DNA of 60,463 nucleotides, filler included. It is 4 parts of 4 records of this genome, joined end to end, with 100 filler letters (N's around TTAATTAATTAA, not from the genome) between each part and the next. Parts side by side here need not be neighbours in the genome. Positions count along the whole stretch, not along the records: positions 17,409 to 28,465 come from SRR2962707_453; positions 28,566 to 38,568 come from SRR2962707_455; 2 more parts are not named here. One strand, 5' to 3'. Position 1 is the stretch's first letter. The number at the start of each line of letters is the position of its first letter. The translations under genes were made by a program, and so were the position numbers. The notes under the pieces were generated by a model. That model had not been told where the DNA came from. It saw only the letters and a program-made list of their open reading frames with translations, and did no database searches. Below, one piece after another: positions 24,700 through 33,887 of the stretch.

Positions 24700-24730
24700 T
24701 GTCAACCATGAAACATTTCCAAAGTTTACA
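24700..24730. promoter_or_regulatory. BirA operator
   Basis: TGTCAACC-N15-AGTTTACA about 50 nt upstream of bioB; matches the TGTAAACC-N15-GGTTTACA consensus. Confidence 0.8.
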
Positions 24731-25406
24731 TCTGATCAAAAAGCATACTTTTTCGATATGCCTGTTGTGTGGCCGGCGCGCCCGGGCACCTCTGTGCCCG
24801 CCCTGCCAGGACTTCCTGAACCAGCGCTGCCGCCTGCCTGCCAGCCTGTGCCGCTGCGGCCTGCCGGATCCCGCCGGTGGCCGCGCGGCCCTGTGCGGGC
24901 GTTGTCTGAAACAACCGCCTCCGTTCACCACCACCCATTGCGACTGGCGTTATGACTTCCCGTTGGATCGCCTGATTACCGCCTATAAGCATCATGGTCA
25001 GTTGTACCAGGAGCGAGCTTTTGCGCACTTGCTGGCTCAACGGCCGTTGCCCTGGGCGCAAGCCGATGCCCTGTGCCCGATCAGCGCGCATTGGCGCCGG
25101 CGGCTATGGCGCGGCTTCGATCAGGCAGAGCGTCTGGCCCATCTGCTGGCCCCACTCTGGCGCAGGCCGGTTCTCCCCGCCCTGCGCCGACAGCGGGCCA
25201 CCGCGCATCAGCAGGGCAGTAGCCGGCGCCAGCGGCTGCGTAATCTGCACGGCGCTTTCACTATCCAGACGCCAGTCCGGGGGCTCCGGTTGTTATTGGT
25301 GGACGATGTCATGACCAGCGGCGGCAGCGCCCGCGAAGCCGCCGCCTCACTGCTGGCCGCCGGTGCCGCCGAAGTGCGGGTCTGGGTGCTGTCACGGACC
25401 TGCTAG
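24708..25406 (+). CDS. comF: ComF family phosphoribosyltransferase-like competence protein
   Basis: N-terminal CxxC zinc ribbons, RGFDQA, RNLHGAF, LLVDDVMTSG. Confidence 0.9.
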   Translation: MKHFQSLHLIKKHTFSICLLCGRRARAPLCPPCQDFLNQRCRLPASLCRCGLPDPAGGRAALCGRCLKQPPPFTTTHCDWRYDFPLDRLITAYKHHGQLYQERAFAHLLAQRPLPWAQADALCPISAHWRRRLWRGFDQAERLAHLLAPLWRRPVLPALRRQRATAHQQGSSRRQRLRNLHGAFTIQTPVRGLRLLLVDDVMTSGGSAREAAASLLAAGAAEVRVWVLSRTC

Positions 25407-25512
25407 CGCTCAGCGCCAGCCATGACCAGGCAGAAGATTCTGATTGAGGGTGCCGCCGGCGGCACCAGGCTCTACAATACGCGCTTGCTCCATCCAAGGG
25501 ACCGCACGCGCC

Positions 25513-26187
25513 ATGAAGATCAGCATCGCTCAAGGCCACAACCCGCCGCACAATATCAACGGCATCACCGTGATCATCGACGTGATCCGCGCCTTTACCA
25601 CCAGCCATCAGGCGTTCGTCGGCGGTCTCGACCATATTTTGCCGGTGGCCACGGCGGAGGAAGCCTTTGCTCTGCGCGAGCACTACCCTCAAGCGCTGCT
25701 GGCCGGCGAGGTACAGGCGTTGCCGATCAAGGGTTTTGACTACGGCAACTCCCCCTGGGAAATCGCCAACAGCGACGTGACGGACCGCACCATGATCCTG
25801 CGCACCACCAACGGCGTCACCGCCACCCTGCGGGCGCGGGATAGTCGGGAAGTGCTGGTGGCGGCACTGATCAACGCCGAAGCCACCGCCCGTTATATTC
25901 AGGAGAAAGCCCCACCGTCGGTGGTGCTGGTGGCCTCCCACCCCACCGGAGACGAGGACGTGGCCTGCGCCGAGTACATTCGGGCCTTGCTGGGCGGCGA
26001 CGGCATCACCCTGGAACAGGCCCAGGAGCGTACCCGTAACGCCTTCGCGGCACGGAAGTTCTTCGACGGCAGCCACCCCCGCCTGCGCCCCGAGGACATT
26101 CACATGGCCAGCAGCAGCGCCGGCGACGATGGCCTGGTGATGAAGGTGAGCTTCGAGCCGCTGCCGCGGATCGACAGGGTGGTCTGA
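25513..26187 (+). CDS. 2-phosphosulfolactate phosphatase (ComB) family protein
   Basis: VIIDVIRAFTT, LLAGE, GFDYGNSP, TTNG, EDVACA. Confidence 0.85.
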   Translation: MKISIAQGHNPPHNINGITVIIDVIRAFTTSHQAFVGGLDHILPVATAEEAFALREHYPQALLAGEVQALPIKGFDYGNSPWEIANSDVTDRTMILRTTNGVTATLRARDSREVLVAALINAEATARYIQEKAPPSVVLVASHPTGDEDVACAEYIRALLGGDGITLEQAQERTRNAFAARKFFDGSHPRLRPEDIHMASSSAGDDGLVMKVSFEPLPRIDRVV

Positions 26188-26286
26188 CCTTTTCCGCCAA
26201 TTCCGCCGCTACTCCAGATCAATGACCCGCCATCGGGACACTGCTAATGTCAGTGGGACCTAAGAAGCCTCAGGATCCCCAGTGTC

Positions 26287-27519
26287 ATGATCGAGTGGAA
26301 CGAACAACAACAAATGATCCAGAAAATGGTGCGCGACTTCATCGCCAAGGAAGTGGTGCCCAATCTGGACGACATCGAATACAACGGCGTCCCGCCCTAC
26401 GACATCCTGCGCAAGATGATCAAAACCTTCGGCATGGACGAAATGGCGCGGCAGAGCTTCGAGCGCCAGACCGCCAGGGAAAAAACCGGCACACCGAAGC
26501 AGGAGAAAGATAAGGAAGGCTCCTCCGCTGCCGCGGCCGAACAAGCGGCGCTACGTCTGATTCCCACCATCGAGCTGTGCCGCCACGCCCAGGGGCTGGT
26601 CACCGCCATGGGCGTGTCCATGGGCCTGGCTGGCGGCGCCATCATGAGCAAAGGCACCCTGGAACAAAAAGAACGCTGGGCCCTGCCCCTGCTGACCATG
26701 GAGAAAATCGGCGCCTGGGCGATTTCCGAACCCAATTCCGGCTCCGACGCCTTTGGCCAGATGAAGACCGTGGCCCGCCGTGACGGCGATGGCGGTTACA
26801 TCATCAACGGCTCCAAAACCTGGATTACCAACGGCCCCTACGCCGACACCATCATCCTGATCTGCAAACTGGACGAAGAAGGGATTGAGCCCCGGGACCG
26901 CAAAATCGTCTCCTTCATCCTCGACAGCGGTATGGAAGGTCTGACCCAGTCCAAACCGTTCAAGAAGATGGGCATCGGTTCCTCGCCCACCGGAGAACTG
27001 TTTTTCGATGACGTCAAAGTCGGCGTGGACCGCCTGCTTGGCGGTAGCGAAACCAGCTATGGCCGTTCCGGCGCAAAGTCCACCTTCATGCAGGAACGGG
27101 CCGGCGTCGCCGCCATGGCGCTGGGCATGGTGGAGCGGGCACTGGAATTGTCGGTGAATTACGCGCGTGAACGGGTGCAGTTCGGCCGCGCCATCGGTGA
27201 AAACCAGCTGATCCAATTGAAGCTGGCAAAAATGGAAGTGGCCCGCAGCAATCTGCAGAACATGGTGTTCCGCTATATCGACCTGACCGCCGCCGGCAAG
27301 CAGATGACTCTGGCCGAAGCCTCGGCGATGAAACTCTACGCCGCCCAGGCCGCCATGGAAGTGGCCACCGAAGCGGTGCAGATCCATGGCGGCTACGGCT
27401 ACATGCGCGAGTCCCGGGTGGAGCAGTTGATGCGCGATGCCAAGATCCTGCAGATTTATGCCGGCACCGACGAAATGCAGGTGATCGCCATTGCCCGGGA
27501 TCTGCTGGGCCGCGGCTGA
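26287..27519 (+). CDS. Acyl-CoA dehydrogenase
   Basis: ISEPNSGSDA, NGSKTWITNG, QIHGGYGY, IYAGTDEMQ. Confidence 0.95.
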   Translation: MIEWNEQQQMIQKMVRDFIAKEVVPNLDDIEYNGVPPYDILRKMIKTFGMDEMARQSFERQTAREKTGTPKQEKDKEGSSAAAAEQAALRLIPTIELCRHAQGLVTAMGVSMGLAGGAIMSKGTLEQKERWALPLLTMEKIGAWAISEPNSGSDAFGQMKTVARRDGDGGYIINGSKTWITNGPYADTIILICKLDEEGIEPRDRKIVSFILDSGMEGLTQSKPFKKMGIGSSPTGELFFDDVKVGVDRLLGGSETSYGRSGAKSTFMQERAGVAAMALGMVERALELSVNYARERVQFGRAIGENQLIQLKLAKMEVARSNLQNMVFRYIDLTAAGKQMTLAEASAMKLYAAQAAMEVATEAVQIHGGYGYMRESRVEQLMRDAKILQIYAGTDEMQVIAIARDLLGRG

Positions 27520-27598
27520 TCACCGGAAAGACGGATGCGAGCACCGTGCCAATGCACTAATCTGGAAATGACCCGCAACCCCTACAAGGAGCCTCATC

Positions 27599-27943
27599 AT
27601 GTCTCTGCATCAACAGCGTTGCGAGGCCTGCCGTGCCGATGCGCCCCTGATCAGCGACCAGGAGGCCGAGACCCTGGCCGAGGAAATTCCGGACTGGAAG
27701 CGCATTGAGGAAGACGGCGAGGAACGCTTGCAACGCCAATACTCCTTCCACGACTTCAATGACGCTCTGGCGTTCACCAACCAGGTGGGCGCCATGGCCG
27801 AAGAAGAAGGTCATCATCCTGCCCTGCTCACCGAGTACGGCAAGGTGACGGTGACCTGGTGGACCCACAAGATCAACGGTCTGCACCGAAATGACTTCAT
27901 CTGCGCGGCGAAGACCGATCAACTTTATCTGAGAGCCGGTTAA
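27599..27943 (+). CDS. phhB: Pterin-4a-carbinolamine dehydratase
   Basis: [35 protein letters not shown]. Confidence 0.93.
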   Translation: MSLHQQRCEACRADAPLISDQEAETLAEEIPDWKRIEEDGEERLQRQYSFHDFNDALAFTNQVGAMAEEEGHHPALLTEYGKVTVTWWTHKINGLHRNDFICAAKTDQLYLRAG

Positions 27944-28401
27944 TGACCCTGAGCGAAGAACAACGGGAACAGATCCAAACCCACGCCGGCCGTGCCTTCC
28001 CCTTCGTGGAAAGGTGCGGGGTGGAAACCCTGGAAGTGGACCGGGGCTATTGCCGGATGAAAATGCCGCTGGCCCCAAACCACAACCACGTGGGCACTAT
28101 GTACGCCGGGGCGCTCTATACCCTGGCGGAACTGCCCGGCGGCGTGATCTACATGACCAGCTTCGATACCTCCCGCTTCTACCCCATCGTCAAGGACATG
28201 CAGATCCGCTTCCGACGCCCGGCCACCACCGATATCGAAGTGGAAGTCCGCATCAGCGAGGAAGAAGTCCAGCGAGTTCAGGCCGAAGCCGAGGCCAACG
28301 GCAAATGCGACTTCGCCTGGGACACCGAACTCAAGGACAGCCACGGCGAGGTGGTGGCCACCACCCGGAATCTTTACCAGCTGCGGCGAATTGGTCAGTA
28401 A
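27943..28401 (+). CDS. Hotdog-fold (PaaI/YiiD-like) thioesterase
   Basis: PNHNHVGTMYAGALYTLAE, IRFRRPA. Confidence 0.85.
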   Translation: MTLSEEQREQIQTHAGRAFPFVERCGVETLEVDRGYCRMKMPLAPNHNHVGTMYAGALYTLAELPGGVIYMTSFDTSRFYPIVKDMQIRFRRPATTDIEVEVRISEEEVQRVQAEAEANGKCDFAWDTELKDSHGEVVATTRNLYQLRRIGQ

Positions 28402-28465
28402 GAGGAAGGGGAGCCGGAGTCAGGTCGCTACGAAGCCGCTGTGGGAAGAGGCCCGGGCGGCGCTC

Positions 28466-28565
28466 NNNNNNNNNNNNNNNNNNNNNNNNNNNNNNNNNNN
28501 NNNNNNNNNTTAATTAATTAANNNNNNNNNNNNNNNNNNNNNNNNNNNNNNNNNNNNNNNNNNNN
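28466..28565. other. Artificial contig linker
   Basis: 44 N + TTAATTAATTAA + 44 N. Confidence 0.98.
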
Positions 28566-29851
28566 GCGGCGCCGGTTTCCTCGATGAAGCCCATGCCGCC
28601 ATGCACCTGGACGCCGAGCGAGGCGACCTCGAGACCAATGTCGGTGGCAAAGGCCTTGGCAATCGGGGTGATCAGGCCGGCGCGTTCGGACCAGGCCCTG
28701 GCCTCCTCGCCTTCGCTGACACGGGCCATGTCGAGCGCCTCGGCGCAGGAATAGCAGATGGCGCGGGCGCCCTGGGTGAGCGCCTTCATGGTCATCAGCA
28801 TACGGGCGACATCGGGGTGTTCGATGATCGGGCTCATGGCATCGCCCTTGTGACCGGGCGCACGGCCCTGGGTGCGATCCTTGGCGTAGGCCAGCGCCTT
28901 CTGGTAGGCGGTTTCGGCAATCGCCACGCCCTGCATGCCGACGGCCAGGCGGGCATTGTTCATCATCGTGAACATGCAGGCCAGGCCCTTGTTCTCTTCA
29001 CCGATCAGCCATCCGATGGCGCCGGGCTGATCGCCGAACTTGCCGTCGCCGTAAATCATGGTGCAGGTCGGCGAGGCATGGATGCCGAGCTTGTGCTCGA
29101 GCCCGGAGCAGAACGCATCGTTGCGCTCGCCCAGCGAGCCGTCATCGCCAACGAAGAATTTCGGCACCAGGAAGAGCGAAATGCCGCGGGTACCGGCTGG
29201 CGCATCAGGCAAGCGCGCCAGCACCAGATGAACGATGTTGTCGGTGAAATCGTGCTCGCCATAGGTGATGAAGATCTTCTGGCCGAAAATCCGGTAGGTG
29301 CCGTCACCGACAGGTTCCGCGCGCGCCTGGAGCGCGTTGAGGTCGGAGCCCGCCTGCGGCTCGGTCAGGTTCATCGTTCCCATCCACTCGCCGGTGACGA
29401 GCTTTTCGAGATACTTGGCCTTGAGCTCGTCGGAGGCATGCTTGTCCAGCGCCTCGACCGCGCCCATGGTCAGCGTCGGGCCGATGCCGAAGGCCAGCGA
29501 TCCGGAATTCCACATCTCGAGTGCTGCCACCGAAAGCAGCATCGGCAGCCCCTGCCCGCCATATTCCTCAGGCCCGGTGAGGCCGTTCCAGCCGCCAGCG
29601 ATCCAGTCCTGATAGAGCTTCTTCCAGCCCGGAGGCGTGGTGACAGCCCCGTCCTTGAGCACTGCGCCATGCTTGTCGCCAATTTCGTTGAGGGGGGCAA
29701 TTTCATCGGAAGCAAAGCGGCCTGCTTCGGCGAGGATCGCGTCAACAAGATCTTCACCCAAGTCTCCAAAACGGCCTGTTTCCAGGGCCTTGCGCAATCC
29801 TGCGACAGATTTGAGTGTGTGAGCGATTTCGTCTACCGGCGCACGATACAT
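28566..29851 (-). CDS. Long-type acyl-CoA dehydrogenase, 3' truncated
   Basis: MYRAPV start, GTMNLTEPQAGSDL, GQKIFITYGEHD, EHKLGIHASPTC, QVHGGMGFIEETG. Confidence 0.95.
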
Positions 29852-29919
29852 GTGATCTCCTCCCTGCTGTCCACCTGTCATAAGAGGCGGATCCGAACCA
29901 GGCTCATGGCTAAGTTGTT

Positions 29920-29935
29920 TTTACGTAAACGTCAA
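29920..29935. promoter_or_regulatory. LiuR-like (MerR family) palindromic operator
   Basis: TTTACGT-AA-ACGTCAA about 70 nt upstream of the acyl-CoA dehydrogenase; contains TTGACG (-35-like) on the minus strand. Confidence 0.7.
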
Positions 29936-30072
29936 TTTCCGACGAACAACTTAACCGGCATTTTGGGAGAAACACATAGGCGATGAAGCCGCACGGGGAG
30001 ATATCGCCGCCGGTAGAGATGAACAGTTGCGCGGCATCCGTTCACGCCAATTCCGGCATCCTTCCAGCGAAA

Positions 30073-31134
30073 TCAGGGGCGGTAGATCATCCAGCCGGCA
30101 TCGGCACTGTCATGCTCAATATTGGAGTAAAACGTAACCCGGTCTCCGCCGTCCCTGGCAGATTTTGCCATGGCCTTTTCTCCATAACCCAGGAGCTGGC
30201 CCGCACTGTCCGCCACGGTCGACATGGCGACACCAATGGACAAGGTGGACTTGCCAATATTGCGGCCGGTCTTGGGGTGAATGAGCGGCTTCGCCCCCGC
30301 TGCTGCGCGGAGCCTGTCAATGGCGCGCATGATTTCGGCCTCGTCGGACGAACTGATCAGGAAGGCAAAGCGATTGCCATCAAGGTGGGCCACGACGTCA
30401 TCATCCTCGGTGGCAGCGTGCAGAAGCTGGCCGACATGCCGGATGACGTGCTCGCCATTTCCCTTGTCATCCAATTCGCAATAGCGCTTGAATTCATCGA
30501 TCTCCGCAAAAGCAAGTCCGCACATCGTCGGCAATTCGGGATTGGTGTAAATCCGCGCTGCAGCCTTGTTGAAGGACCTGCGATTGGCAAGGCCGGTCAA
30601 AGGATCAATGAATTTCATCTGTTCGAAATTTTCGATGTCGGCCTTGACGCCTTCAAGCTGTGCAGACTGCTCGGAGGCGACGGCCACCATGGCCTCACTC
30701 TTGGAGGCCTGTTTCTCGGTCGCTTCACTGAGCTGCTGAATCGAGCGGTTGAGTGTCTCCTGGTCGATTTCAGCGTCCGACGCAAATGTACGCGAAGCCT
30801 GATCGATGATCTTGCCGTAATCGGAAAGAGAGGATTTTTCCTCTTCCAAGAGAGACATGAAGGTCGTCATCTGAGTCCGCATGCGCTCATTGGTCTTGGC
30901 GACATGGGTTTCTTCATGATGATGCGGCAGATACCTCCTGCCCAGTTCATCCAGTGCGCGTTGGGACTTGGTTTTCCCGATTGCCACGAAATCCCTGGTC
31001 AGCTCCGGATTGGTCCCGGAATATGCCTCATAGACAAGCTCATAATTCCGCGGCAACCCATCGATGCCCATCTGGTACATCGCGGTGGCAACCCGAAGGC
31101 CTATAGATGTCGCTGGTGAGGTTTGTTTGTTCAT
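30073..31134 (-). CDS. GGDEF-domain protein with degenerate active site
   Basis: DPLTGLANRRSF, TLSIGVA and K...GGDRV are present, but AHLDGNRF replaces RxGGDEF; N-terminal GLPRNYELVYE plus coiled coil. Confidence 0.88.
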   Translation of the reverse strand: MNKQTSPATSIGLRVATAMYQMGIDGLPRNYELVYEAYSGTNPELTRDFVAIGKTKSQRALDELGRRYLPHHHEETHVAKTNERMRTQMTTFMSLLEEEKSSLSDYGKIIDQASRTFASDAEIDQETLNRSIQQLSEATEKQASKSEAMVAVASEQSAQLEGVKADIENFEQMKFIDPLTGLANRRSFNKAAARIYTNPELPTMCGLAFAEIDEFKRYCELDDKGNGEHVIRHVGQLLHAATEDDDVVAHLDGNRFAFLISSSDEAEIMRAIDRLRAAAGAKPLIHPKTGRNIGKSTLSIGVAMSTVADSAGQLLGYGEKAMAKSARDGGDRVTFYSNIEHDSADAGWMIYRP

Positions 31135-31316
31135 CAAGAGTACTCATGTGAATATATGCATATGATAACCTATGCGGCAAAAACATTAGAAGCCTGCTAA
31201 GGCGATAGCTTCAATTTGATCTTTCGCGCGGTTTATTAGCAAAACCAGGAAAAGAGTGCTGTTCATTGCGCAGCTGCGAGGTCGCTGATAGAGCGTGCAC
31301 CCAAAATGGACATGTC

Positions 31317-32291
31317 ATGACGCGCATTCTCACTATTTCCGACCCGGGTTCACTTGCAGCCGCGCTTGCGGTGCTGCGGAGCGGCAAACCCGTGGCATTG
31401 CCGACAGAGACGGTTTACGGCCTGGCAGCTGATGCGACCGATCCGGCAGCCATCACGGCGATTTACGAGACCAAGGGGCGGCCTCGCTTCAACCCGCTGA
31501 TTGCGCATGTGGCCGACATCGAAATGGCAAAGGCGCATGTGCGCTTTTCGCCACTGGCGGAAAAGCTTGCCGAGGCATTCTGGCCCGGCCCGCTGACCCT
31601 CGTCCTGCCGCTCAGCGAGACCAGTCAGATTCATCCGCTGGCGACTGCCGGACTTGGCACCGCGGCGATACGCATGCCCGAAGGTTTTGCCCGCGAACTG
31701 ATTGCCGGTTTTGGCAAACCGTTGGCCGCTCCCAGCGCCAACCGTTCAGGCCGCGTGAGCCCGACAACCGCTCAACACGTGGCGGACGATCTGGGCGGCA
31801 GAATTGAGCTGATCCTGGACGGTGGGCCCTGCCGGGTGGGCGTCGAATCGACCATCCTGGCGGTCAATGGGTCGCAACTGCAGTTGCTCAGACCGGGCGG
31901 CATTCCTGTGGAGATGATCGAAGAGGCAACGGGACAGGTCGTGGAACGCTCAACACCGCTCGCGGGCAGTGATGCAGTGATTGCGCCCGGCATGCTGGCC
32001 TCGCATTACGCGCCGGATGCAGCGGTCCGGCTGAATGCGGTTGAAGTGATGCCCGGCGAAGCGCTGATCAAATTCGGCGCATTATCGATGAAAGGAGAAG
32101 ACCAGGCAAAGGCGATCATGGACTTGTCGCCATCGGGTGACTTGCGTGAAGCTGCAGCCAACCTGTTCGACATGCTCAAGAAGGCCGACGCGACGCGTGC
32201 GGACGGTATCGCAGTGGCTCCGGTGCCGAACCATGGCCTGGGTGAAGCCATCAATGATCGTTTGAACCGAGCTGCAGCGCCGAGGGACTAA
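31317..32291 (+). CDS. tsaC: Threonylcarbamoyl-AMP synthase, Sua5 type
   Basis: PTETVYGL, KGRPRFNPLI.H, AAPSAN.SG, HYAP, AINDRL.RAA. Confidence 0.95.
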   Translation: MTRILTISDPGSLAAALAVLRSGKPVALPTETVYGLAADATDPAAITAIYETKGRPRFNPLIAHVADIEMAKAHVRFSPLAEKLAEAFWPGPLTLVLPLSETSQIHPLATAGLGTAAIRMPEGFARELIAGFGKPLAAPSANRSGRVSPTTAQHVADDLGGRIELILDGGPCRVGVESTILAVNGSQLQLLRPGGIPVEMIEEATGQVVERSTPLAGSDAVIAPGMLASHYAPDAAVRLNAVEVMPGEALIKFGALSMKGEDQAKAIMDLSPSGDLREAAANLFDMLKKADATRADGIAVAPVPNHGLGEAINDRLNRAAAPRD

Positions 32292-32318
32292 TTCCCTCTC
32301 ACCGGCGCTGCTGCATCA

Positions 32319-33608
32319 TCACCCCGTCAGCAACGGTGTGTTGACGATCTTCTTGAACAGGGTTGTCATCGCTTCGCTGATGCCTTCTGAAGGACTGACT
32401 TCGAAGAACAGGTCCGGCGAAGCACAGGCCTTCATCCGCTCAGGGATATCGCTCTGAAATGGCTTGATCCAGTTATTGTACCAACTGTTCGTCGGGAGCG
32501 GCAGATAGGTGGTGTAGAGCACCGCGATTCGATAGCCCTTGCTCTTGAGCGAATTGCAGTACTGGATGTCGATCGGTTCCTGGCAGCGGCCACCGGTGAG
32601 CTTCTTGGTGCAGTCCGTGGGCTTGTAGCTGTCGCCCACGCCATCGGACACAAAGAACAGAATTTTCTCCGGCGACGATGCTGTCAGGCCTGTCCCGGCG
32701 CTACCCATCTTGTCGGCAATCTGGGTGAAAGCGCGGTCAAAATCGGTTTGCTGGTCGTTGTCATATCCCTGATACGGGATCGACATGAGTTCCACCTTGG
32801 CGGCTTCGTTCTTGGCCTTGTTGAGGTCGGTTGTCGGCCTGACAACCTCGAGAAGCTTCGTGTCCTCAGCCTTCTCACCAAAGGAGTACACAGCCATTCG
32901 ATACTGATTGGAGTTCTTGCGCGAGTCCTTTGCCGTATCCATCAACGCAGCCGCCGCCTGGGCCACCACGTTGATGCGTGTTGTGACACCGAGCTTTTTC
33001 GCCAGATTGTAATAGCTGCTGCCGTCTTCTTTGCCGTTCTTGACGATGTGGCAGGCGAACGCACATTTATCCGGCGTGTTGGCGACCATTTTCGCAACAT
33101 CTATCGGCGTGGCGCCGACGCCCATCGACGGGGTGTTGTCGAGCAGCAGGAAAAAGTCGCGATAAACCTCGGTCTGATATTCGACGATGGCCTGCCCCAC
33201 GACATTGATCAGGTCCTGACCCAGAATCCGCGACAGCGTGGTTTCCACGGTGGCTCTGTAATCGACGACCGAATAGAGACGGCCATTTTTCTTGACCACC
33301 TTCGCAACCAGTTCATCAAGTTTGAAACCGGTATCGTTTTCAAGCTGAGCCTTGAAGAACGTCAAGGCGTCAGAAGCGCCAACGGCGACCTCGCCGTCTC
33401 CGGACATCGAAAAAGCCTGTTTGACGCCTGGAGAACTTTCCGAGACAGCCGCCAGCGCGGCCGCATCCGCAGCGCCCTGGATCTTTGCTTTGACAGAGAG
33501 CGCATTGCTGTAATCAAGCGCCAATCCCGCAGCGCCAATCACCGGCACGAGAAGAATAGCCAAGAGAATTCCGAAATTTCCGGATCTGTCCGTCAGAAAA
33601 CGCCGCAT
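32319..33608 (-). CDS. TadG-like pilus-associated protein with vWA domain
   Basis: DRSGNF prepilin-like motif plus hydrophobic helix, Q.AADAAALAA, LLLDNTPSM, CAFACH, FVSDG. Confidence 0.85.
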   Translation of the reverse strand: MRRFLTDRSGNFGILLAILLVPVIGAAGLALDYSNALSVKAKIQGAADAAALAAVSESSPGVKQAFSMSGDGEVAVGASDALTFFKAQLENDTGFKLDELVAKVVKKNGRLYSVVDYRATVETTLSRILGQDLINVVGQAIVEYQTEVYRDFFLLLDNTPSMGVGATPIDVAKMVANTPDKCAFACHIVKNGKEDGSSYYNLAKKLGVTTRINVVAQAAAALMDTAKDSRKNSNQYRMAVYSFGEKAEDTKLLEVVRPTTDLNKAKNEAAKVELMSIPYQGYDNDQQTDFDRAFTQIADKMGSAGTGLTASSPEKILFFVSDGVGDSYKPTDCTKKLTGGRCQEPIDIQYCNSLKSKGYRIAVLYTTYLPLPTNSWYNNWIKPFQSDIPERMKACASPDLFFEVSPSEGISEAMTTLFKKIVNTPLLTG

Positions 33609-33887
33609 AGTGCACCCCTCAATCAGGGTAGATATTGACTCAAATAGACTAAGGAACGCTGAACCCGGCAAATTGCATCGAATGGTGGCCGCGGATCCAT
33701 TCGGGTCTGGCAACATGGAAGCCATAATTCTTCAGCTATCTGACGCGCTTCAGGGTTGTACTGGTCATTCCATCTCCCTGGGCATCTACTGCGGGTTCGA
33801 TCATCACACCCGCACATCGGCGGCACGCACATGCAAAACAGTGGCCGCCTCTCGACTTGAGGGCAGTGCAAAGATAAATGCTTGAGC

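Noticed and set aside
28601-31119. Long plus-strand ORFs 28601-29986 and 29983-31119, and similar antisense ORFs in contigs 2 and 3
   Set aside because: Shadows of real genes in GC-rich DNA, with no recognisable motifs.
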